64,000 nt of DNA from Acidimicrobiales bacterium (lineage in GTDB: Bacteria; Actinomycetota; Acidimicrobiia; Acidimicrobiales; BPGG01). A program made the position numbers and the translations under genes. Below the pieces are notes generated by a model. That model made no database searches and was not told the DNA's origin. It worked only from the letters and a program-made list of their open reading frames with translations. The stretch lies in contig BPGG01000001.1 of assembly GCA_026002915.1 (NCBI GenBank), forward strand, positions 474,122 through 538,121, in the 5' to 3' direction. Positions 1-9,479 of this stretch are shown here, piece by piece (the stretch's first letter is position 1; each line of letters starts with the position of its first letter).

Positions 1-506
1 AGCACCTCGCCCGTCACACCGCAGACGAGCACGAAGCCTCGCTTCGAAGGAGGGTTCTCGGTCGAGTAGACCAGCACCCGCCAAGTGGGTTTGGAACGCA
101 GACCGCGCCAACCCAGCTGTGCCGAGGCATGACCGACGGGGAACCCCACTGTTCGTACAGCCGAAGAGAGCGCTTCTGACTCCCGAACCGCCAGCGGCCA
201 TGCACACGACCAGTGGTACACCGCCGTCACCGACAGGACGACCCCTGCGACCGCCAAGCCCCGGCCTCCCCACTCCCCTGCCGCCGCCGCGGCGGTGAAA
301 CAAGCCACGGCGAAGATCGCGTATCCGACTGCGGCGACCCTTCGCCTTGCCACGTCCGGGATCCGGTGAACGCCGACCCTCGTGACGTCCAGGTCTTCGG
401 GAAGGCTGTCCGTCACCCCCTCCGCCTGCCCCTCCGCATCACGACCGAGAGGGGTCTCGGGGGACTCGTCGGCCTCCTGGTACTCGTCAGCGGGGCCAGG
501 CGTCAC
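1..506 (-). CDS. hypothetical membrane protein, truncated by the window edge
   Basis: Minus-strand frame is open from 506 to position 1 with GC-rich third positions. Candidate GTG start at 506..504 is preceded by GGAGGAAGG (alternative GTG at 416..414). Translation has two hydrophobic segments (AAVGYAIFAVACFTAAAAA, LAVAGVVLSVTAVY). It is absent from the ORF track because it runs off the window. No family recognised. Confidence 0.4.
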   Translation of the reverse strand, partial: MTPGPADEYQEADESPETPLGRDAEGQAEGVTDSLPEDLDVTRVGVHRIPDVARRRVAAVGYAIFAVACFTAAAAAGEWGGRGLAVAGVVLSVTAVYHWSCAWPLAVRESEALSSAVRTVGFPVGHASAQLGWRGLRSKPTWRVLVYSTENPPSKRGFVLVCGVTGEV

Positions 507-996
507 GTACCTTCCTCCAGGTGACGTCCAGGGCTTCCGGAAGCACCCGGGTGCCTGAGACTGTGGTCATGAAGTTGGTGTCCCCCAACCACCTCGGCAA
601 GACATGGACATGGAGGTGCTCGGAGACCCCCGCTCCGGCTGCTCTTCCGAGGTTCATGCCTATGTTCACGCCGTCGGGGCTGTAGGCGGTCTTCAGCGCC
701 ACGACGGCTCTTCGCACCAGATCCCACAGCTCGGCCGCCTCGTCTGGATCGAGATCCTCCAGCTCGGCCACGGCCCTCTTCGGCATCACCATCAGGTGAC
801 CGCTGGTGTAGGGGAAGCGGTTCAGCATCACGACGCAGAGCCGACCTCGGTGCACCACCAGGATCTCCTCATCGGTGCGGCCGCTGCCCAAGATCCGCTC
901 GAACAGGCTCCCATCCCCGTCCGGGACCGCAGCATCCGACTCACCCGACACGTAGGCGGCTCGCCACGTCGCCCACAGGTGTTCGAGACCGGTCAC
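487..996 (-). CDS. HIT (histidine triad) family protein
   Basis: 169-aa ORF with the histidine-triad motif HLHVHVLPRW and upstream FPYTSGHLMV. Lies directly downstream of thrS. Confidence 0.85.
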   Translation of the reverse strand: MTGLEHLWATWRAAYVSGESDAAVPDGDGSLFERILGSGRTDEEILVVHRGRLCVVMLNRFPYTSGHLMVMPKRAVAELEDLDPDEAAELWDLVRRAVVALKTAYSPDGVNIGMNLGRAAGAGVSEHLHVHVLPRWLGDTNFMTTVSGTRVLPEALDVTWRKVRDAWPR

Positions 997-1060
997 GGCA
1001 GCGACTCCGACCGGACGCGAGAGCCGGCTCCCGTCCTTCCGTCGTCCCCCACCACGGCGA

Positions 1061-3014
1061 TCACGACGGGGCGGTCTCCTTCAGCTCGCATGCCACCCTC
1101 TCGATGAAATCGTCTAGGGGAACACCTCGCTCTACTTCCCCACGGCGAGGGTTCACGCCCACCGTCCCGTCGGCGGCGTCCTCCTCCCCCACGACCAGCA
1201 CATAGGGGACCTTCTGGGTCTTGGCCCGCCGCACTCTCGCTCCCAGAGGTTCGTCTGCGCGACCCACCTCGACCCTGAGACCGCTGCCGACCAGCCTCGC
1301 CGCCACCTCGTGCGCGTACGCACTGTGAGCGTCCTTGACGGGCAGGACGACCACCTGCACCGGGGCCAACCACAGAGGGAACGCTCCCGCATAGTGCTCG
1401 AGCAGCACGCCGAAGAAGCGTTCGACCGATCCGAACAGCGCTCGGTGGATGACGATAGGACGGTGACGCCGCCCGTCCTGGCCGTCGAAGTACAGGTCGA
1501 AGCGATTCGGCAGCTGGAAGTCCACCTGGATGGTGGACAGCTGCCATCTCCTGCCTATGGCGTCCCGTACGTGTACGTCGATCTTCGGTCCGTAGAAGGC
1601 GCCGCCGCCCTCGTCCACCTCGTATTCGATCCTCTCGCCCTCGAGCGCCCTCCTCAGGGCGTCGGTGGCGGCCTCCCAGTCGGCGTCCTCCCCCACAGAC
1701 TTTCCCTCCGGACGCGTCGACAGGTTGGCTTCGAACTGCTCGAAGCCGAACGCGCGCAACATCTCCAGGACGAACCCCAGCAGTGACCTCACCTCGTCGA
1801 CCACCTGCTCCCGAGCGCAGAAGATGTGCGAATCGTCCTGGGTGAAGCCGCGGATGCGCATCAGCCCGTGGAGCACACCCGATCTCTCCCACCTGTAGAC
1901 GGTCCCGAACTCGAAGAAGCGGAGAGGGAGCTCGCGCCACGAACGGGTCTGGCTGCGATAGATCAGCATGTGGAACGGGCAGTTCATGGGCTTCACGTGG
2001 TAGGAGCCCGACTCGGTCTCCATCGGGGGGAACATAGAGTCCGCGTAGAAGTCGAGATGGCCGGAGATCCTCCACAGGTCGGACCTGGCGACGTGCGGGG
2101 TGTAGACGAACTGGTACCCGGCTTCCCTGTGCCGTCGCCGGGAGTACTCCTCCATCACCGAGCGGACCACCGCCCCCTTCGGATGCCACAGCGCCAGACC
2201 CGCCCCTAGCTCGTCTGGGAAGGAGAGCAGGTCGAGCTCTGCGGCGAGACGCCGGTGGTCACGACGTTCCGCCTCTTCCAGGCGTCGTAGGTGAGCCTCC
2301 AGGCGTTCTCGGCTGTCCCACGCCGTGCCGTAGATGCGTTGAAGCATCGGATTCCGCTCGTCCCCCCCGCCAGTAGGCACCAGCGGTCTTGAGCAACTTG
2401 AAATGGCCCAACACTCCGGTGTTCGGGACGTGCGGCCCGCGACACACGTCGACGAAACGAGGTGGGTTCCTGTAGGTGCGCACCCGCCCCCCCTCGGTGG
2501 AGGACATCGGGTCGTCTGCAGCCCCCTTGATGATCTCCTTCTTGAACGGATGGTCGTCGAAGAGGCGCAACGCTTCGTCTTCCGGGATCTCTTCGCGGAG
2601 GAACGGTTGCGCCTCCGCGACGATCTCGCGCATCCGCTCCTCGATCCGCACCAGGTCTTCTGGCGTGAAGGTCCGCCCGTCCGGGAGCTGGAAGTCGTAG
2701 TAGAAGCCGTCTTCTATAGGCGGGCCTATGGCGAAGGTCGCGCCCGGGAAGAGATCCAGCACGGCCTGTGCGAGCACATGGGCGGTGGAGTGCCTGATGG
2801 TGTAGAGACCGCGCTCCTCGTCGGCCGTGACGATGCGCACCGTCGCTCCGTCGGGAAGGGGCGTGGCGAGATCGCGCTCCTCGCCGTCGACGACCGCGAT
2901 CACCGGCCAAGACGGCAGGTCGGGCGCGATCCGGTGGGCCAAGTCCCCTGCGGTGGATCCCTCGGGCAGCGTCAACTCGCCGCGGCCCTCGACTCTCACG
3001 GTGATGTCGGCCAT
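1061..3014 (-). pseudogene. thrS: threonine--tRNA ligase, frame broken by one extra G in a G7 run (C7 at 2362-2368 on + strand); possibly a sequencing artefact
   Basis: ORF 2259..3014 encodes the TGS and editing domains (HSTAHVLAQA) and reads ...KLLKTAGAYWRGG before drifting. ORF 1061..2380 in another frame continues [15 protein letters not shown] through the class II catalytic core and anticodon-binding domain. Deleting one G restores [20 protein letters not shown]. Confidence 0.9.
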
Positions 3015-3087
3015 TGCAAGCTGAGCCTACCGGCACACCCCCGCCCACCCGTGATGCAGCCGTCGGCCACGCGCCGAGGCGATGCGC

Positions 3088-3927
3088 TCAGCGTCCGGCG
3101 GTGAGAACCTCGGCAGAAGAGCGACGTGGAAGCTCGTCTCCCCCGCGCACCACTCCCCCCGACGGAGCCCCCACTTGGGCCTCCCTCGCCGGTATCGCCT
3201 CGGGCTTCCTCGTCGCGTAGGTGTCCACGTACTCGAAGCCGGTGAGCTCCTTGATCTCGAACATCACCTCGTCGGTGATCTGTCGTAGCACGAGACGGTC
3301 GTCCTTCCGGTCCCTGTACTTCGACACGTCGATCGGCCTGCCGAAGCGCACTCTCACCGTGCGAAACGGCCGCGGCCACACCGAGTCTGGAGGTTGGATC
3401 TCCGCAGTACCGAGAATCCCGACCGGGATGAGAGGTGCCCCAGTCCTGAGTGCGAGGCGGGCAGCACCCGTGTGCCCCCTGTGGAGCTTCCCGTCCCGAG
3501 AGCGAGTCCCCTCGGGGTAGATTCCGAACAGCCCGCCGGACTCGAGCACCCTCTGCGCCGCCTCGAGTGCCGCCTCCGACGCCCGACCGCCGGAGCGGTC
3601 GATCGGGATCATGCCCAACTTGGGGAACAGGATGCGGGTCTTCCACGAGTCGAGGTACTCGGCCTTGCCGACATAGGTCACCGGCCTGTCGAGGCATGCC
3701 GGGAGGAACAGCGAATCGATGAAGGATCGGTGGTTCGGACACAGAATCGCCGGTCCTTCGGCGGGGACGTTCTCCACGCCCTCCGCCTCCACACGCCAGA
3801 AGAACCAGATCAGAGGTTTCAGGATCACTCGAGCAGCAGGCTGCCAGCTTCCGATCTCCTCGAGTGGTACCGGTGCCCCCCGCACGACTTCTCCCCCTCG
3901 TTCGCTACGAACGAAAGTCTGCCCCAC
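3088..3927 (-). CDS. 1-acyl-sn-glycerol-3-phosphate (lysophospholipid) acyltransferase family protein
   Basis: 279-aa ORF with the HX4D motif (CPNHRSFIDS) and the YPEGTRS block typical of PlsC-type acyltransferases. Confidence 0.8.
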   Translation of the reverse strand: MGQTFVRSERGGEVVRGAPVPLEEIGSWQPAARVILKPLIWFFWRVEAEGVENVPAEGPAILCPNHRSFIDSLFLPACLDRPVTYVGKAEYLDSWKTRILFPKLGMIPIDRSGGRASEAALEAAQRVLESGGLFGIYPEGTRSRDGKLHRGHTGAARLALRTGAPLIPVGILGTAEIQPPDSVWPRPFRTVRVRFGRPIDVSKYRDRKDDRLVLRQITDEVMFEIKELTGFEYVDTYATRKPEAIPAREAQVGAPSGGVVRGGDELPRRSSAEVLTAGR

Positions 3928-3948
3928 CCGACCCCCCGCCTGCTCGCG

Positions 3949-5074
3949 TCACAGTGCTATGCCGAGCAGGCGCGCCGCCTCCGACACGGGACGACCGGCA
4001 GCCACCGCCTTGTCGACGGCCTCCACCGCCCCCGGGGTGTCGAGGTCGTCGTCGAGGGCCCTGCGAACCTGGTCGAGAGCACCGTCACCCTCACCCTGGG
4101 CTCGCCAACGCTCCAGACGCTCGGCCGCCTCGTCGAGTTCCCTCGGATCCCACTCCCACGACTCACGGTAGTGATGCGACACGAGCAGCAGCCGGAGCAC
4201 CATCGGCTCCCACTCCTCGAGCACGTCCGAGACGAAGACCAGGTTCCCGAGGGACTTGGACATCTTCTCCCCGTCCTTGCGGACCATGGCCTGATGCATC
4301 CAGTGTCGGACGAACGGCTCCCCCGTCGCCGCCTCGGACTGTGCGTTCTCGCACTCGTGATGGGGGAAGATCAAGTCCGCCCCCCCCTCCGTGCAGGTCG
4401 ATCGTCGTGCCCAGCTCACGGAGGGCGAGAGCAGAGCACTCGACGTGCCACCCGGGCCGGCCCGCCCCCCACATCGAGTCCCAGGAAGGCTCTCCCGGCT
4501 CCGACGGCTGCCACAACACGAAGTCGAGCGGGTCGCGCTTTGCGGGGTCGTCCGGTCGACCTCCCCGCTCTGCGGCCAGCTCGAGCATCGTGTCGCGGTC
4601 GAGATGGCTGATGCACCCGAACCGCTCGAAAGTGGCGACCTCGAAGTACACGCCCCCTTCGGACACGTAGGCGTGCCCGCGGTCCAGAACCATCGCTATG
4701 AACCCACGGATGTCCGGAATGGCCGAGGTGGCCCGCGGCTCGCTCCAACACGGCAGCAGGCCGAGAGCCGTCATGTCCCGCTCGAATCTCGCCAGCTCGG
4801 CGGCCGCCAGGTCGAGATAGTGCGTGCCCAGCTGGCGTGCCTTACGCAGGATGTCGTCGTCGACGTCGGTGACGTTTCGCACGCAACGAGTCTCGTGACC
4901 ACGGTCCCGCAGGCGACGCTGGAGCACGTCGTAGGTGACATACGTCGCGGCGTGACCGATGTGGGTCGCGTCGTACGGCGTGATCCCACATGTGTACATC
5001 GTGACGACACGTCCCGGTTCGAAGGGGACGACCTCCCCCTTGGCCGTGTCGTAGAGCCGCATCACGTCCGCCAC
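3949..5074 (-). pseudogene. mshC: cysteine:1D-myo-inosityl 2-amino-2-deoxy-alpha-D-glucopyranoside ligase (mycothiol ligase), frame broken by one extra G in a G8 run (C8 at 4380-4387 on + strand); possibly a sequencing artefact
   Basis: ORF 4163..5074 has a CysRS-like N-terminus (RLYDTA, GITPYDATHIGHAATY) and ends TIDLHGGGGG. ORF 3949..4419 in another frame continues GGADLIFPHHECENAQ ... KMSKSLGN. The total of about 410 aa and lack of an anticodon-binding extension fit MshC rather than CysS. Confidence 0.8.
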
Positions 5075-5122
5075 GGAAGCACGAACTCCTCAGGTCGGTC
5101 GCGTGATTCCGCGGTCGGACAT

Positions 5123-5779
5123 TCAATCGGGGAGGCCGGTGAAGCGCACGGCGACACGGGTCTTGTAGCGGGTGTTCAACTGCAGGAGCACCGCGGCGAA
5201 CGCCTCGATGGGGGCCGCGTTCGACAGCTCTCCCGAGTCGAGCGGCCTCATGCCCGGGATCTTCCGGACGACGTCGATGACCGCTTCGGTCGCGGACGGA
5301 TGGTCGGAGCAGACCAGGACGTCGCTCTCGACCGGATGGTCGAGGTCACCCAGCTCCTTGGCCGGGACGTGGTGCAGGGCGGCGGCAACCTTCGCCTTCG
5401 GCACCGCAGCCTGGACGCTGGCCGCGACCGACCCACGCGGCGGCACCAGGGGCTGGAACTCGCGTCCGACCTTCGCGAGCGCGTTCGCCATGGACACGAC
5501 GACCTTTCCTTCCAGCTCCCCGGCGACCGATTCGGCGGTGGAGGCGGCCGCGTCCCATGGCGTGGCGATGAACACCAAGTCCGCCGACGCCGCACCCGAG
5601 TTGTCCGCCGCGTCGAGGCTCAACTGGCGATCCGCCCACCGTTCCACAAGCGAGTCCACGACCTCGAGAGCGCGATACTTGGACCTGGACCCGACCGTCA
5701 CATGGAAGCCGACGCTCGCAAGACGGGCGGCCAAGGCGCGCCCGGCAGGACCAGTTCCACCGAGAACTCCGATGCGCAT
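5123..5779 (-). CDS. npdG: NADPH-dependent F420 reductase
   Basis: N-terminus MRIGVLGGTGPAGRALAARLASVGFHVTVGSRS (Rossmann fold) and overall length and pattern are typical of the NpdG/Fno family. Start chosen at the internal Met (5779) of ORF 5123..5821. Confidence 0.75.
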   Translation of the reverse strand: MRIGVLGGTGPAGRALAARLASVGFHVTVGSRSKYRALEVVDSLVERWADRQLSLDAADNSGAASADLVFIATPWDAAASTAESVAGELEGKVVVSMANALAKVGREFQPLVPPRGSVAASVQAAVPKAKVAAALHHVPAKELGDLDHPVESDVLVCSDHPSATEAVIDVVRKIPGMRPLDSGELSNAAPIEAFAAVLLQLNTRYKTRVAVRFTGLPD

Positions 5780-5954
5780 CACCCCAAGATACCGTGACCC
5801 GACCGTCGCAAAGAACGTCACCCACCTGCAGCTGCGAACGTCTCATCTGGCACGGACGGGCGTCGCAGACTTGCGCGATAGTTCCCCGGAGTCCGGAGAG
5901 CGACGGTGAGGAGGAGTGGGACGACGCTCCTCGCCGTCGTGCAGTTCCGACCAG

Positions 5955-6743
5955 ATGACACGGAGGGCGAGTGTGAAGGGACTCCTCGAAGGAAAGAGAG
6001 TGGTCGTCACAGGCGTGCTCACCAGAGATTCGATCGCGTTCGCGGTGGCTCGACTCGCGATCGAACAGGGTGCCGAGATCGTTCTGACCGGGGCGGGGAG
6101 AGGGCTTCGGCTGACGGAGCGCACGGCGAAGAGGCTCCCGCAGACTCCACCGGTGTACGAGTTCGACGTCACCCGCCCTGAGCACGTCGAGCGACTCCGG
6201 GCGCGGCTCGAAGAGCTGTGGGGTGGTGTCGACGGTGCCCTTCACGCCATCGGGTTCGCCCCCGAACCCTGTCTCGGCGACGACCCGATGAGGGCGACAT
6301 GGGAGGAGGTCGCCACGGCACTGCAGATCTCCGCCTACTCCCTCCGCACCCTCGCCGACGTCGTGGCACCTCTCATGAGCGACGGAGGGTCGATCGTCGG
6401 CCTCGACTTCGACGCGTCCGTCGCATGGCCCTCTTATGGATGGATGGGCGTGGCGAAGGCTGCTCTCGAGTCGACCAGTCGATACCTGGCACGGGCGCTC
6501 GGTGCAAGGGGCATAAGGGTGAACCTGGTATCCGCGGGTCCCCTCGGAACCATGGCGGCGAAGTCGATCCCCGGCTTCGACCACTTCGGCCCACTCTGGC
6601 GGTCGAGAGCACCGTTGGGATGGAGCACCGACGACCCAGAACCCGTCGCCCGGGCTTGCGTCGCACTCCTCGGCGACCTGTTCCCCGCCACCACGGGCGA
6701 GATAGTGCACGTGGACGGGGGGTTCCACGCCGTGGGGGCGTGA
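5955..6743 (+). CDS. fabI: enoyl-[acyl-carrier-protein] reductase (NADH), FabI/InhA type
   Basis: LLEGKRVVVTGV nucleotide-binding N-terminus, Y-x6-K catalytic pair (SYGWMGVAKAALES), C-terminal VHVDGGFHA. Start at the internal Met is uncertain (ORF opens at 5916). Confidence 0.85.
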   Translation: MTRRASVKGLLEGKRVVVTGVLTRDSIAFAVARLAIEQGAEIVLTGAGRGLRLTERTAKRLPQTPPVYEFDVTRPEHVERLRARLEELWGGVDGALHAIGFAPEPCLGDDPMRATWEEVATALQISAYSLRTLADVVAPLMSDGGSIVGLDFDASVAWPSYGWMGVAKAALESTSRYLARALGARGIRVNLVSAGPLGTMAAKSIPGFDHFGPLWRSRAPLGWSTDDPEPVARACVALLGDLFPATTGEIVHVDGGFHAVGA

Positions 6744-6752
6744 GCGGAGGCG

Positions 6753-7799
6753 TCAGGAAGCACCACCGCCGACCCTGTCGGATTCGTCGCGTATGTCCCC
6801 CACCAGCTGTTCGAGGACGTCCTCCAAGGTGATCACGCCCTCGGTACGGCCCTCTCTTCTCACGACCGCCATGTGAATCCTCGACGCCCGCATGGCGAAC
6901 AGTGCGTCCTCGAGTGTCCTGTCCGCCTCCAACACGAGCAACGGATGCAACTCGAGGGTGGACACCGGCGACCCCCGACGACCGGAAGGCACCGCTAGCA
7001 GGTCTTTCACGTGGACGAAGCCCCGGAGGTCGTCCAGGCTCGCCGCCATCACGGGCAGGCGGGAATGTCCACTCGAGTGGGCCTTGCGTTCGGCCTGCTC
7101 CACGCTCTCCCAGGCCCGCACGGCAACCACTTCGTCCCTGGGCACCATCACGGAGGCCACTCGACGGCGTCCGAAAGTGAGCAACGCTCGAAGGAGGTCG
7201 TGCTCGAAGCGGTCCAAGACCCCGGCACGTTCCGCCTCGCGCACCACCACCGCCAGATCGTCGATCGAGTGCGAGCGGACGATCGTGTCCACCGGCTGCA
7301 CACCGAGCGACCTGACCACCTGATTGGCCACGACCTGAACCGTGGCCACCAAGGGGCGCGTCACCACGCGGAACGACTTCGCGACTCCGCTCAGAGCCAG
7401 CGCGACGCTCTCGGGACGGCTTATCGCGACGTTCTTTGGGACCATCTCCGCCAAAACCATGTGGGCGAAGAGCAGGAATCCCAGACCGGCAGCGAAGGCG
7501 ACGACCTCCACCAACCGGCGCGGAAGCACACCCCAGGCTCCGAGTACGTCTTCGAGAGCGTGGGAGATCGCCGGTTCGGTGACGATGCCGAGCCCGATGC
7601 TCGCCATCGTGATCCCCAGTTGGGCAGCGGCCAGGTAGCCGCTGAGGTCGTCGATCTGCCTCGAGACCTCGGTCGCCCTCCTGTCGTCCCGTCCCAGGCT
7701 CTCGAGTCGGGCCCTGTCCGCGGCGACCAGGGAGAACTCCAGAGCGACGAAGAACGCGTTCGCCGCCAGCAGCAGCACGCTCACGATCAGTACGGTCAC
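6753..7799 (-). CDS. DUF21/CBS-pair (CNNM/CorC-type, hemolysin-family) membrane protein
   Basis: N-terminal DUF21-like TM region (LLLAANAFFVALEFSLV, AAQLGITMASIGLG) followed by a CBS-pair region. GTG start at 7799 overlaps the upstream stop as GTGA. The longer ORF to 8018 would overlap the upstream gene. Confidence 0.8.
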   Translation of the reverse strand: MTVLIVSVLLLAANAFFVALEFSLVAADRARLESLGRDDRRATEVSRQIDDLSGYLAAAQLGITMASIGLGIVTEPAISHALEDVLGAWGVLPRRLVEVVAFAAGLGFLLFAHMVLAEMVPKNVAISRPESVALALSGVAKSFRVVTRPLVATVQVVANQVVRSLGVQPVDTIVRSHSIDDLAVVVREAERAGVLDRFEHDLLRALLTFGRRRVASVMVPRDEVVAVRAWESVEQAERKAHSSGHSRLPVMAASLDDLRGFVHVKDLLAVPSGRRGSPVSTLELHPLLVLEADRTLEDALFAMRASRIHMAVVRREGRTEGVITLEDVLEQLVGDIRDESDRVGGGAS

Positions 7800-9082
7800 C
7801 GCCGAAGCCTCTCGATCCGCACCGCGGCGATCCTCCGCCTCTCCATCTCGAGCACCGTGATCACCCAGTCGCCCTCGACCACCGACTCGCCGACCTCGGG
7901 GATCTTCCCGAGCCTCCAGAGCACGAAGCCGGCCAGCGTGTCGTAGTCGCCCTCGGGGAGTCGTAGACCGCAGACCTCCGCCAGCTCCTCCCGTCTGAGC
8001 GAGCCCGGCACGTACCACACGTCCTCGCCCGCCGAACTCCCTCCGGCCAGGGAGAAGTCCATGTCGTACTCGTCGCCTATCTCCCCGACGATCTCCTCTA
8101 TGACGTCCTCGAGGGTCACGATCCCCGCCGTACCACCGAACTCGTCCACTACCACGGCGAGCTGACCTCCAGCCGTCTGCATCTTCCAGAGCAGCTCGCT
8201 CAGCGGCATCGACTCGGGCACGATCGTCGCCTCGGCCATGAGCTCCCGTACACGCACCTCTCTCCGGCTATCCCGCGGGACGGCCAACACGGACTTGACG
8301 TGGACGACGCCGACGATGTCGTCCACGTCCGCACCCTCGACGGGGAAACGCGACCTGCCGGTGCGCCGCGAGAGCTCGACGAGCTCCTCCGCCGACGCGT
8401 CCGCCGACACAGAGACCACGTCGACCCGCGGGACGAGCGCGTCCGCCGCGGTCTTCTCGCCGAACGTGGCTGCCCTGCGCGCCAGAGCGCCGATCCGACC
8501 GAGGACGCCGGACCGAGTGGACACGTCGAACATGAGCAGAATCTCTGGAAGCCCCCTGACGGGCGAGAGCTCCCGAGCGGGCTTGAGGCCGAAAGCCCGC
8601 ACGACTCGATCGGCCGCACCGTCGAAGAGCGCGACCACGGGACGCGCCAATGCTCCATAGACCTCCATGACGCCGGCGACGGCGAGAGCCGTCCTCTCCG
8701 GACGAGCGATCGCGACGTTCTTCGGGGTCAGCTCGCCGAAGACGGTCTGCACGATCGTGACGATCACGAACGCCACCCCGAGGGACAGGCCGGCCCGCGG
8801 GGTACTCGCCTCAGAAGGGAGCACCATCTCCGCCACGTGCTCGAGGACTCGACTCACGGTCGGCCTGGCTATGAACCCGAGGAGCAGAGAGGTCGCGGTG
8901 ATCCCGAGTTGCGCCCCGCTCAGGTGGTACGAAAGATCTGACGTCAACCTGCGCACCGACATCGCAGCTCGGCTACCACGTTCGGCCAACGACTCCATGC
9001 GTGCACGGTCGCAGGCGACGAGCGAGAACTCCGCCGCCACGAAGACGGCGTTGGCGACGATCAGCGTGACGACCGCGACCAA
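7796..9082 (-). CDS. DUF21/CBS-pair/CorC_HlyC-type (CNNM family) membrane protein
   Basis: ANAVFVAAEFSLV and GAQLGITATSLLLG (DUF21), a CBS-pair region, and a C-terminal transporter-associated domain (GDYDTLAGFVLWRLGKIPEVGE). The TTG start at 9082 is uncertain: a GAAGGAG box lies about 24 nt upstream, closer to a non-canonical ATA codon. Confidence 0.8.
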   Translation of the reverse strand: MVAVVTLIVANAVFVAAEFSLVACDRARMESLAERGSRAAMSVRRLTSDLSYHLSGAQLGITATSLLLGFIARPTVSRVLEHVAEMVLPSEASTPRAGLSLGVAFVIVTIVQTVFGELTPKNVAIARPERTALAVAGVMEVYGALARPVVALFDGAADRVVRAFGLKPARELSPVRGLPEILLMFDVSTRSGVLGRIGALARRAATFGEKTAADALVPRVDVVSVSADASAEELVELSRRTGRSRFPVEGADVDDIVGVVHVKSVLAVPRDSRREVRVRELMAEATIVPESMPLSELLWKMQTAGGQLAVVVDEFGGTAGIVTLEDVIEEIVGEIGDEYDMDFSLAGGSSAGEDVWYVPGSLRREELAEVCGLRLPEGDYDTLAGFVLWRLGKIPEVGESVVEGDWVITVLEMERRRIAAVRIERLRR

Positions 9083-9425
9083 GCCCAGTGCCGCTTCTAT
9101 GGCGATCTCCTTCGCCCTACTGCGTGTTCCCCCACGCGAGTCCTCGGCCGGAGCGGTCGCACCGAGTCGGCTCCGACGTCACCGGCAACCGAGGAGCACA
9201 CTCCGTTCGCTCATCGAGGCGAGTCTCGTCGTGACGAGCCTCGGCCGCGTGTGACGGCCGGTCGGCTCCCACGGGCGTCACAGATCCTCTCTGCATGTTG
9301 GATGCCCCGAATCTACCGTGTCCGCAGTCGGGGACCTTCCAGCAGAGCGGCTGGACCACGCCCCCCGATCACGCGCTCGGATGAGGCGCCCGGACGAAGC
9401 ACCCGAACACGCGCCTGGGGAGTCT

Positions 9426-9451
9426 CCGCGAATTCACCGCGAATTCACCGC
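9426..9451. repeat. 11-bp tandem repeat CCGCGAATTCA, 2.4 copies
   Basis: Read directly: ccgcgaattca ccgcgaattca ccgc. Each unit carries the palindrome GAATTC. Lies immediately upstream of the MarR operator-like palindrome. Confidence 0.9.
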
Positions 9452-9458
9452 CTGCGGA

Positions 9459-9479
9459 ATAGTTAGGTAGTCTAACTAT
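9459..9479. promoter_or_regulatory. perfect 8-bp inverted repeat ATAGTTAG-N5-CTAACTAT, candidate MarR operator
   Basis: Read directly in an unusually AT-rich patch. It ends one base before the GTG start of the MarR gene, so it would overlap its promoter or a leaderless start. Confidence 0.45.

Noticed and set aside
213-524. 103-aa plus-strand ORF at the left edge
   Set aside because: Arg/Pro-rich and overlaps the HIT gene 3' end. The minus-strand frame gives a more protein-like membrane sequence with a good Shine-Dalgarno/GTG.
993-2189. 398-aa ORF on the minus strand overlapping thrS in another frame
   Set aside because: Extremely Arg/Gly/Pro-rich with no motifs. It lies entirely inside the well-supported thrS frame. 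This is a typical alternative-frame ORF of high-GC DNA, where stop codons are rare.
5346-6728. 460-aa minus-strand ORF antisense to fabI and overlapping npdG
   Set aside because: Low-complexity Arg/Gly-rich translation. fabI and npdG explain the region with clear catalytic motifs, so this is a shadow ORF.
9117-9359. 80-aa ORF in the long region upstream of the CNNM genes
   Set aside because: No ribosome-binding site was seen, the composition is not protein-like, and there is no motif. It is treated as non-coding leader or intergenic DNA.
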